A stretch of DNA of 42,021 nucleotides from contig CAXFSR010000024.1 of assembly GCA_964005815.1 (NCBI GenBank), forward strand, positions 1 to 42,021. Direction: 5' to 3'. Positions 28,741-36,654 of the stretch are shown here, piece after piece. This DNA comes from an uncultured Nitrospinaceae bacterium (GTDB lineage: Bacteria > UBA8248). The notes beneath the pieces were generated by a model. It was not told where the DNA came from and made no database searches. It saw only the letters and a list, made by a program, of their open reading frames with translations. Position numbers and translations under genes: made by a program. Each line of letters starts with the position of its first letter. The stretch's first letter is position 1.

Positions 28741-30884
28741 CAATCCAAATAAAAAAATTAAAAATCAACAGAAATGGGCCTTTACAGAAAGACTTCGAAA
28801 TAGAACCTGGAAAACTCAATTTAATATACGGTCATAATGAAAGCGGGAAAACTTTTCTTGTTGAAGGTTTGATTGAACTTCTCTTTCAAAACAAAAAAAA
28901 CAAATTAGAAACTCGGGATTGGGATATCACAGGAAGAATCCAAATATCAGGGCTAAGCCAAAAAACTGAATCTTTCACTAAATCGAGCAAAAAAAAACTA
29001 GACCAAATTTGGGAAGAAGACTCACAACTTCCTAAAGATCTCTCTTCCTTGCTTGTTATCAAAGGCGGAGAAACCACACTTCAAAAAAATGCGGCCGATG
29101 GTATAGGCCATTCTTTTTTAAAAAATTTTCTTTCAGCAGAAGGAATTTTAGATGAGATTGAAAAAAACATTTCAAAAACTTTACAAAACGCAAAAATTGA
29201 GAATAAAGATATTAATGGTGACAATAGAGGAGATATAAATCAAAGAAATGATTTAATTAAAGAAAAAGAAGAAATAGAATCCCTCCTAAAGGAAGTTGAG
29301 CAAACTCATGCTTCAACATCGATCCAAGACATCGACAAATCCATAGAAATTCTAAATTCTAAAATTGAAGTTTTGGAAGTCGCCAAATGTTATAAAGCAT
29401 TTAAAATCAATGAATCTATAAATGAACTAAAAAAGGAGAAATCAGAAATAGAAAAAACAAACCTCAATCTAAATCCTGACATCATCGCCGACTTAAAAGC
29501 AAAAAGAAAACACTATGAAACTGAAGAAAATAAAATAAAAGAAGAAAAAGATAATTTAAAAGATCATAAAGAAGATTATGAATGGCTTGAAAATGCAAAA
29601 ACAAACTATTTAAAATTCTTACAAAATACAGAGAAAAGCTCTTATGACCTTTATTTTTGGATTACTTGCTTTTTTTTAATAGTCACTGGTATTGCGACTT
29701 TTCTCTATCCTGGATGGATCCCTTTTACTACAACAATTCTTTCTATAATTTTCTTTATTCTATTCAGTCTAAAGTTCAAAGAAAAAAGAAAGAATAGTCT
29801 CTACAAAAATGAATTAACTGAGCTTAAAAAAGAATATAAAAAAAGATTTAATAAAGAACTCACAAATCTAACGACTTTAGAAACTAAGTTTGAAGTTATA
29901 AAAGAAAAACAAAATGAATACAAACGTGATAAAGAAGCGTTAGAAAAAAGAGAAAAAGAACAAGATGAACATCGAGAAGATATCGAAAAACTTTTTGGCA
30001 AACTTGGTCATCAAGAATTGGAGATCAATAATTGGAAAAGTAAGATCGAAGAATTAGGAGAGAACTTAGCTAGAAATAATGATTCTATCGATTCAAAGAA
30101 AGATGAGATTTATAAAAGAAATTTAGAATTAGAAGGTTTGAAAGTTCCTCGAGAAAAATTTCTGGAGAAACCAACAAATTTAGAATGGAACGAAAATGAG
30201 TATGAAAACCTAAAGGAATCTAAAATAGATAAAGAGAAATCTAAAAGAGACAAAGAGGAAGAGATGAATTTTCTCCGAGCTAAAGTATGGGCAACTTTAA
30301 AATCTCAAGAAGAAAAATGGGAAGATTTAATTCCTAGCTTGAGAAAAGTATTGCAAGAAAAAGAAAACGCTTATATCGAAAAAACTGCAGAAATTATTAG
30401 CAAAATAAAGATTCACTCAATAGTTAAAGAATTTAGAGAAAAAGAAAATGAAAGGATAGAAGAAGGACTGCAAAGAAAAGAAGTACGAGATGCACTTTTT
30501 TCAATTACAAGAAATTACCATAAAATCAGAAAAGAAAAACAAGAAGGACTTATTGTAATAAATAATGAGGACGAAGAATTTTCTATTTCGAAATTAAGTA
30601 CAGGAGCCAAAGATCAAGTTTTTCTTGCTTTAAGAACCGGATTTGCAAAGTTGTCTCTCCAATCACAAAGTGCATTTTTAATCTTAGACGATGCTTTCCA
30701 ACACTCTGACTGGGAAAGACGTGAAAATTTAGTTTTTCAAATCATAGAATTGACTAAATTGGGGTGGCAAATTTTTTATTTCACAATGGACGATCATCTA
30801 AAGAAATTATTTCAAACTGAATGCAAAAAATTGGGCGATTCATTTAAATTTATAGAACTTTCTAATAAAAATTCCATTTCTTAG
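28737..30884 (+). CDS. SbcC/Rad50-like coiled-coil ATPase with internal membrane hairpin (YhaN-like)
   Basis: ATG at 28737 overlaps the upstream TGA; Walker A GHNESGKT, signature LSTGA, Walker B ILDDAF, long coiled coil, hydrophobic segment FWITCFFLIVTG...FFILFSL. Confidence 0.85.
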   Translation: MTIQIKKLKINRNGPLQKDFEIEPGKLNLIYGHNESGKTFLVEGLIELLFQNKKNKLETRDWDITGRIQISGLSQKTESFTKSSKKKLDQIWEEDSQLPKDLSSLLVIKGGETTLQKNAADGIGHSFLKNFLSAEGILDEIEKNISKTLQNAKIENKDINGDNRGDINQRNDLIKEKEEIESLLKEVEQTHASTSIQDIDKSIEILNSKIEVLEVAKCYKAFKINESINELKKEKSEIEKTNLNLNPDIIADLKAKRKHYETEENKIKEEKDNLKDHKEDYEWLENAKTNYLKFLQNTEKSSYDLYFWITCFFLIVTGIATFLYPGWIPFTTTILSIIFFILFSLKFKEKRKNSLYKNELTELKKEYKKRFNKELTNLTTLETKFEVIKEKQNEYKRDKEALEKREKEQDEHREDIEKLFGKLGHQELEINNWKSKIEELGENLARNNDSIDSKKDEIYKRNLELEGLKVPREKFLEKPTNLEWNENEYENLKESKIDKEKSKRDKEEEMNFLRAKVWATLKSQEEKWEDLIPSLRKVLQEKENAYIEKTAEIISKIKIHSIVKEFREKENERIEEGLQRKEVRDALFSITRNYHKIRKEKQEGLIVINNEDEEFSISKLSTGAKDQVFLALRTGFAKLSLQSQSAFLILDDAFQHSDWERRENLVFQIIELTKLGWQIFYFTMDDHLKKLFQTECKKLGDSFKFIELSNKNSIS

Positions 30885-30984
30885 TACAATTTTCACTTTC
30901 ATAATCTCTTCAGTTTTACTTCATACTCTTTATGCGATCCTTTTGTAGTCTAAACGTACTCATTCTTTAACTCCTTGTTCAAGG

Positions 30985-31024
30985 AAAAGAGGGAGGCGCT
31001 AGATACGGCGGAGATAGCGCCTCC
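30985..31024 (-). terminator. GC-rich hairpin, probable terminator of the selenoprotein pair
   Basis: GGAGGCGCTA / TAGCGCCTCC 10-bp stem (30992-31024), followed on the minus strand by CTCTTTT; lies 40 nt past the stop at 31064. Confidence 0.65.
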
Positions 31025-31063
31025 TTCACCAAAAGATTAAAAGGAAAACTAAAAAGAGATTTA

Positions 31064-31582
31064 CTACTTTTCAGAGGTCATTTTTTTCTTCCTAAACTGC
31101 ACAGCCTGAATAACATCTTGCCATACAAGTTTTCCAAGAGGACCCGAACTATATAAAGATATATTTACTTTTCCATCGGGTGAAAGAAGAAAATTAGTTG
31201 AATGCAAGAAAGGTTTTGGCTTATCTCCCTTATCAGATTGATACATTGCACCTGTTTTTTCAGAGATCAGAACGGGATCCAGATCATATGCAATAGGAAA
31301 ATTTGCTTTAGTCTTTTCAATTGTTTTAGCTACAATTTCATTTGAATCAACAGAACCAGCAACCACCTTAATACCTTCAGCCTTAAGCTTTTCTCCCGCC
31401 CGGGAGAATGCAGCAAGTTGTGCAATTCAATACGGTCACCAATCACCACGATAAAAAAGAACTACACCCCATGATCCTTTTAGATATTCAGGAATTACAA
31501 TTGCATCCCCCTGAAAAGTATTAAATTCTAAATGGGGAAACATATCTCCTGTATCGAGAGTTAATGTATTAACTTTTGGCAT
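31064..31582 (-). CDS. AhpC/TSA peroxiredoxin-like selenoprotein, UxxU motif (two Sec), 172 aa
   Basis: RBS GGAGGAG then ATG at 31582: MPKVNTLTLDTGDMFP...WGVVLFYRGDW-UGA-PY-UGA-IAQLAAF..., continuing in frame into the tracked ORF 31064..31366. UGAs are at 31438-31436 and 31429-31427. Confidence 0.88.
31391..31426 (-). promoter_or_regulatory. Candidate bacterial SECIS hairpin(s) for the UxxU gene
   Basis: TTCTCCC-GGGC-GGGAGAA hairpin (31408-31391) begins 18 nt after the second UGA; a weaker TGCA-CAACTTGC-TGCA hairpin lies between. Confidence 0.55.
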
Positions 31583-31606
31583 CTACTCCTCCAATAACAT
31601 GTAAAA

Positions 31607-32101
31607 CTATTTCTGGGCTTGTTTTTTCCAGAACTGTATCATGTAGAGTACGTCCTGCCAAACTAATCTACCTATTGGTCCTGTACTATATACGCCCACG
31701 GCTATCGTACCATCTGGCTTTATTACATAACCCGTTCCATGAATAATCTTTCTTTTTTCTTCGTAAAAACAACCTGTCAAATTTGAAAATTCTTCGTGGG
31801 AAACTCCATATCCAAGTGGATAATCTAATCCACATTCTTCAACTGTTTTTTGAGCATCTTCTTCGTTGTCTACAGAAAGTGCAAATATCTTAACACCTTC
31901 CTCTTTCAACTTAGTGGCTTTTGCGAAGGCAGACAACTGCTGCCTACAATAAGGTCACCAGTGCCCCCTATATACCAAGAAAACGCCCCAGTCATCGCCT
32001 AAATCATCTGGTAAAGAAAAGGTTCCTCCTCCTACTTTTGAAAAAGTAGATTTCGGGAACATATCCCCTGTATCTAAAATTTCATTTTTCATTCTAGGCA
32101 T
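31607..32101 (-). CDS. AhpC/TSA peroxiredoxin-like selenoprotein, UxxC motif, 164 aa
   Basis: RBS AGGAG then ATG at 32101: MPRMKNEILDTGDMFP...WGVFLVYRGHW-UGA-PYCRQQLSAF..., in frame with the tracked ORF 31607..31936. UGA is at 31957-31955. Confidence 0.92.
31927..31945 (-). promoter_or_regulatory. Candidate bacterial SECIS hairpin for the UxxC gene
   Basis: AGGCAG-CAGTTGT-CTGCCT stem-loop starting 9 nt after the UGA, similar in placement to the E. coli fdhF SECIS. Confidence 0.65.
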
Positions 32102-32277
32102 TAAAATATCTCCTAATTAGTAATTTTCCAGAAAAAAGAAAGTCCAATCATTTATACCTTTTTTTAAAAAACTTACAAACTTCGTATTTTTTTCTTTTTT
32201 ATAATTTTTCACATATAAGACTTGACTGCCTACATCTACCCTTTTTAGTATAGAGACACTTTGATTGGAGCACTATA

Positions 32278-32526
32278 ATGTCAGAAAAAATTACTTGTGA
32301 GTATATCGATCAGCCGCATTGTTGTTCTGAAGAAATTCTTCTAACAGAAGAGGATTCTAAACGTTATCTTCCTAGGGAAGAACAGGATAACCTTATAATT
32401 TCGAAAAATTGTCCTATACCCGCTCTAACAAGCGTTATACGTTATGGACCTGGGTATTTAGTAATTAAAAAGGGAAGAAAAATGAGGGAAGATTTTGAAA
32501 GAACCCTTCCCGAATATAAACCCTAA
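32278..32526 (+). CDS. Small hypothetical protein (4 Cys), divergent from the selenoprotein pair
   Basis: RBS GGAG 7 nt upstream; promoter-like TTGACT (32222) and TAGTAT (32246). Confidence 0.65.
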   Translation: MSEKITCEYIDQPHCCSEEILLTEEDSKRYLPREEQDNLIISKNCPIPALTSVIRYGPGYLVIKKGRKMREDFERTLPEYKP

Positions 32527-32651
32527 TCTACGTTTTCTTTTCCGTTTTATGAAAAATAATTACCCGTACTTACATAAAAAACTTGCAATCATTCTATTTA
32601 TAAAAGATAATCCGTTTACCTTTTCTCGTTTACCGCCTAGTTAGAGAGTCG

Positions 32652-33299
32652 GTGATGAAAAAATTAAATCTGTTCAATTATTTGCTTTTCTTTTTTGTTC
32701 TTATTGTAATATCTGGCTGCGATAAAACCAGAGCTAATTACGCAATTAGTATTTCAGAAAATTACGAACAGTTCTTAAAAAATAGACCTACTAATTTTAA
32801 GATGCCGATTCCCAATCCAGATTTTGCAATTACGGTTTCCCCTACTCTTGATCCCCTAAAAATTAAAAATAAAATTGGGACTTACTTTTGGTATAATGAG
32901 ACGTATGATTTCGTCTCGAAAAAGAAGGAAATAAGTTTAGAGGTGGATCAAATAATATCAAACTTCCTTATGAAAAAAGGATATTGGAAAGAAAAAGGCA
33001 AATGGAAAACAAATAAAGATTCTCTAAAAAATCTTCGTACTCCATATGCTCTTGCAATTACAATTAAAAAATTAAATTTTCATGGAGAAGAGGATATCCC
33101 ATATGACATTATAAATGGAACAGTTTATTTAGAACTTTCATTGGGTATTAAAAAGAAAAAGAGAATTCAAAAAGTAAATATAGAATCTAAATTACAAATA
33201 CAGGGTGATCATCCAGTTCCTCATATAGCAGATAGGATAAAAACGGTTATAAGACAATCAGTTTTAGAAGGGTTAGAAAAGTTGTTTTCAAAAATCTAA
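32652..33299 (+). CDS. Putative lipoprotein
   Basis: Basic-hydrophobic N-terminus with lipobox ISGC; paralogue of the next gene. Confidence 0.7.
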   Translation: MMKKLNLFNYLLFFFVLIVISGCDKTRANYAISISENYEQFLKNRPTNFKMPIPNPDFAITVSPTLDPLKIKNKIGTYFWYNETYDFVSKKKEISLEVDQIISNFLMKKGYWKEKGKWKTNKDSLKNLRTPYALAITIKKLNFHGEEDIPYDIINGTVYLELSLGIKKKKRIQKVNIESKLQIQGDHPVPHIADRIKTVIRQSVLEGLEKLFSKI

Positions 33300-33371
33300 T
33301 AGTTGATATTTCTATTAATAAAAAGAATTTTTCCATCCTATGAAACTTAATTTAAAATTGATGTAAACAAT

Positions 33372-34022
33372 ATGATTCTTTCTAACAATAGATTTAACCT
33401 AAAGAACATCTCTCTTTGTCTAATTGTTTTTTCAACTTTGGCTTGTACTCCAAAAAATATTAACTTTCCTATCAAATTATTTGATGAAAAAAAACAAAAA
33501 AGAATTCCTTTTTCTTCATACAAAGAAATTTTAGTATCTCCAACAACCGATATCAGAAATGAAAAAAGAAAATTTGGAATTTATCGCTGGTTTAATGAGA
33601 CTCACAACATTGTTACAGAAAAAAAAGGGATCAAATTCGAGATTGATAAAATCATTGAATCAATTCTAATAAAGAAAGGATTTAAGATTAAAAATGGATC
33701 CTGGAATCAAAGTCCATATTCACTTCGGTTCATAAATTCACCATATGTTTTATCAACTGAAATTAAAAAACTTGATTTTTACGGAAACGCCTCTTTTCCA
33801 AATAACGTTGTAAACGGAGTAGTAACTATAGAATTCAAGTTAGGGATTTCATCTAGAGAGAGTGTTTACCAAACTACTATTGAACTTAGACCCAAGAAAA
33901 GAACAATACTCTCTTCAGAAAAGTCTCAAGATTTATCCTTTCTCAAAAAAACCATTCAATCAACCATTTTAAATACAGTAGAAGATGGATTGGAAAAACT
34001 ACTTCAGAAGATAAGTAATTGA
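33372..34022 (+). CDS. Putative lipoprotein
   Basis: Lipobox TLAC; shares GxYxWxNET, PYxL...IKKLxFxG, NGxV and GLEKL with the previous gene. Confidence 0.7.
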   Translation: MILSNNRFNLKNISLCLIVFSTLACTPKNINFPIKLFDEKKQKRIPFSSYKEILVSPTTDIRNEKRKFGIYRWFNETHNIVTEKKGIKFEIDKIIESILIKKGFKIKNGSWNQSPYSLRFINSPYVLSTEIKKLDFYGNASFPNNVVNGVVTIEFKLGISSRESVYQTTIELRPKKRTILSSEKSQDLSFLKKTIQSTILNTVEDGLEKLLQKISN

Positions 34023-34055
34023 TTTTATAAGACAAAACCTTTTAAAAACAGAAAA

Positions 34056-34102
34056 TCCCAACATATAGTATTTAAAAAACCATAATCTACTTCATATTGT
34101 AT
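34056..34102. promoter_or_regulatory. Tandem NrdR-box-like operators
   Basis: tccCAAcATATAGtat (34056-34071) and ctaCTtcATATTGtat (34087-34102) resemble the consensus acaCwAtATaTwGtgt and are 31 bp apart. Confidence 0.65.
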
Positions 34103-34108
34103 TATAAG

Positions 34109-34137
34109 TTGACATATTCTTTCCTTAGTTATAGATT
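34109..34137 (+). promoter_or_regulatory. Sigma70-type promoter
   Basis: TTGACA at 34109-34114, 17-nt spacer, TAGATT at 34132-34137. Confidence 0.65.
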
Positions 34138-34162
34138 ATGAATATATGTTTTTTGTTTTTAT

Positions 34163-34317
34163 GCCTGGATGCGCACTCTGGGTATTCGACGAAGGACTTG
34201 GAACGGGCGGCCAAGTCTTGAGTGTAAACCAAAGTGGTAATTGATTTTAGATTATCACATGAAATGTCACTAGGGGTGATGTTTCAAAATAGAATTTCTT
34301 AGAGAGCGCATCTGGGT
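34163..34317 (+). ncRNA. Unidentified structured non-coding RNA (closing stem plus three hairpins)
   Basis: P1 34163-34182/34298-34317 (19 of 20 paired), P2 34193-34201/34211-34219, P3 34234-34242/34250-34258, P4 34260-34271/34275-34286. All wobbles are G-U on the plus strand. Confidence 0.75.
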
Positions 34318-34370
34318 TTCTTATTTTCTAAAAAAAATAAATCCCATAAAATTACAACATCTCTTCTAAT

Positions 34371-35252
34371 CTATTTTTTTGTTCCGTGTAGAAATTTGAG
34401 AAATTCACTATCTGGAGGCAGTACAATAGTTGTTTTATCTTTTAAAGATTCTTTATACACATCGATACTTTTTAAAAATGCATAAAAGTAAGGATCTTGA
34501 CTAAAAGCTTTTGCATTAAGTTCAATGCTTTTAGCGTCTCCTATCCCTTTTTTCACTTGTTCTTTCTCATAAGCTCCAGCTAAAAGTATATCTCGTTCTC
34601 TGTCAGTTTGAGCTCTAATTTTTTGTGCTTCTTCAGCACCTTCAGAGCGATATTGTCTTGCTATCCTATTTCTTTCTGTACGCATTCTTCCATAAATAGA
34701 TTTTAAATTTTCAGAAGGTAATTCACTTCTTTTTAATCGAACATCTATTATCTGTATCCCGTACTTCCTTGCCTTAAAATCACTTGCTTTAGTAACTGAG
34801 TCCATCAACTCTGTTCTTTCAGACGCTACAATCTTAATCAAATCTTTTCTACCTAATTCTAAACGCAATTCACTATATATAATGTCATCTAGTCTAGCTT
34901 GCGCTCCAGTTTCATCACGAACAGTCTGTAAAAATTTAAGAGGATCTATAATTTTCCATCTTGAGAAATTATCAACAACTAACGTTTTCTTATCCTGGGT
35001 AATTATTTCCGTAGGATTAGAATCATAAGCAAGTAGTCTTTTGTCAAAATAAGTAAGTTGATCAACGAACGGAACTTTCATGTGTAAACCAGCATTGTTA
35101 ATCTGACGAATTGGTTTTCCAAAACGAGTGATTACTAATTGTTCCTTCTCATCTACTGTAAAAAAAACAGTATTTAAACCTAAAAAACAAATTATTATTA
35201 AAACTATAAAAAAAATGGATTTTTTGGGTATGGCAGAATTTGCAGCACTCAT
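34371..35252 (-). CDS. hflC: FtsH protease modulator HflC
   Basis: SPFH domain; TQDKKTLVVDNF..W.I.DP, RM..ER.R.A..YRSEG.E.A, FY.F..S...Y. Confidence 0.93.
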   Translation of the reverse strand: MSAANSAIPKKSIFFIVLIIICFLGLNTVFFTVDEKEQLVITRFGKPIRQINNAGLHMKVPFVDQLTYFDKRLLAYDSNPTEIITQDKKTLVVDNFSRWKIIDPLKFLQTVRDETGAQARLDDIIYSELRLELGRKDLIKIVASERTELMDSVTKASDFKARKYGIQIIDVRLKRSELPSENLKSIYGRMRTERNRIARQYRSEGAEEAQKIRAQTDRERDILLAGAYEKEQVKKGIGDAKSIELNAKAFSQDPYFYAFLKSIDVYKESLKDKTTIVLPPDSEFLKFLHGTKK

Positions 35253-36307
35253 TATTTACTTAACTCCTTTGACAAACTACCCCTTCTCAGAGGAAGTATA
35301 GGAAGAACATTTTGATTTTTTTGGTCTATAACAATTTTATCTACTGACGGCATAACTTCCTTCATCATTTCAAGATATAAACGTTTCTTTGTTATCTCTG
35401 GTGCCTTCTTGTACTCTTTTAAAGTAGCTAAGAATCTGCTAGCGTCACCTCTTGCTTGTCTAATTTTTGTTTCTGCATATGCTTCAGCACTTCTTAATAT
35501 TTGGGCAACCTTACCCCTTGTTTCTGGAATAACTTGATTTCTATATCCTTGAGCCTCATTTATGAGTCTGTTCTTATCTTCTCTTGCGCTTGCAACATCT
35601 TTAAAAGCTTGAATTACTTCTTTCGGGGGAGTAACGTCTTGCAATTGAACAGCAACTACTCTAATTCCACTTTCATATTTATCTAGAACTTTTTGAATTG
35701 TTTCCATAGTTCGTATTTGTATAGCTCCCTTACCTGTAGTGAGAGCCTCATCAATTGGCTTGCTGCCTATTATTTGTCTTATAGCTGCCTCAGATGCAAG
35801 CCTGACCGTACCACTTAAATCTTTTGTGTCAGGATCTCGAATTTTAAATAAATACTTTACAGCATCGGCAATTCTATATTGAACAATTACATCAACATCC
35901 ACCATATTCTCGTCACCAGTCAACATTAAAGATTCTAATGGCTGATCAGAATATCTTGCAGGCGGACCAGGGTCTATAGTTCTAAAACCTATTTCTACTC
36001 TTTTTACTTCTGTAATCTTTGGAGTAAAAGCTTTTTCAATAGGAAAAGGATAATGGTAGTTTAAACCCGATGAGACTGTTCTATTAAGTTTACCAAACCG
36101 AAGAACTATTCCTTGCTCGTCTGGACCCACACTGAAAATTCCTGACATTAACCAAAGAATAAAAATAATCAATAAAACAAATGTACTTGGTAATTTTAAT
36201 TTAGGAATTTTAGGCATACGAAATTCAGGCATACGAAATTCAGGTGAAGGTCCACCACCACCACCTGAAGATTTTTGTGACTTAAATTCATCCCAGTCCA
36301 TTGGCAT
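35252..36307 (-). CDS. hflK: FtsH protease modulator HflK
   Basis: MLTGDENMV, PP.EV..AF.DV..ARED, GDA.RF, AP.IT..RLYLE. Confidence 0.93.
   Translation of the reverse strand: MPMDWDEFKSQKSSGGGGGPSPEFRMPEFRMPKIPKLKLPSTFVLLIIFILWLMSGIFSVGPDEQGIVLRFGKLNRTVSSGLNYHYPFPIEKAFTPKITEVKRVEIGFRTIDPGPPARYSDQPLESLMLTGDENMVDVDVIVQYRIADAVKYLFKIRDPDTKDLSGTVRLASEAAIRQIIGSKPIDEALTTGKGAIQIRTMETIQKVLDKYESGIRVVAVQLQDVTPPKEVIQAFKDVASAREDKNRLINEAQGYRNQVIPETRGKVAQILRSAEAYAETKIRQARGDASRFLATLKEYKKAPEITKKRLYLEMMKEVMPSVDKIVIDQKNQNVLPILPLRRGSLSKELSK
36212..36244. repeat. 15-bp in-frame tandem duplication in hflK (EFRMP x2)
   Basis: aggcatacgaaattc at 36212 and 36227. Confidence 0.85.
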
Positions 36308-36654
36308 TTCTTATTCTCCCACTTTATCTAACTTTTTTTTAAAAAATACTACCGCAAGGTAAATCTTAATTACGCACAAGTCAACTAAAAAGAATTTGTT
36401 AACTATTTCTTTAGAAAAAAAATTTGTCAAAGAAAATACAGGTTGCATTATTTTCATTTTTTAAGTATGTCAGAAATTTAAATAAAAGATTAAATATCAA
36501 TTACTTACAATAAGTTGTTAGAAAATCATTGACAATTGTTAGTTCTTACTATACTTAACTATGTTTTCGTATTCATATCTTTAAAATATTAAAATTAAAT
36601 TTTAGAAAAATTTCGTTTTATTTGAAGGTTTATTAATTAATTAAAAAAAAACAT

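Noticed and set aside
31064..32101. Pseudogenes, or UGA reassigned to Trp/Gly, as explanation of the in-frame stops
   Set aside because: All three TGAs sit exactly at redox Cys positions with hairpins downstream. TGA terminates speD, speE, thiE, thiL and the 27670 gene, and neighbouring Trp codons are TGG.
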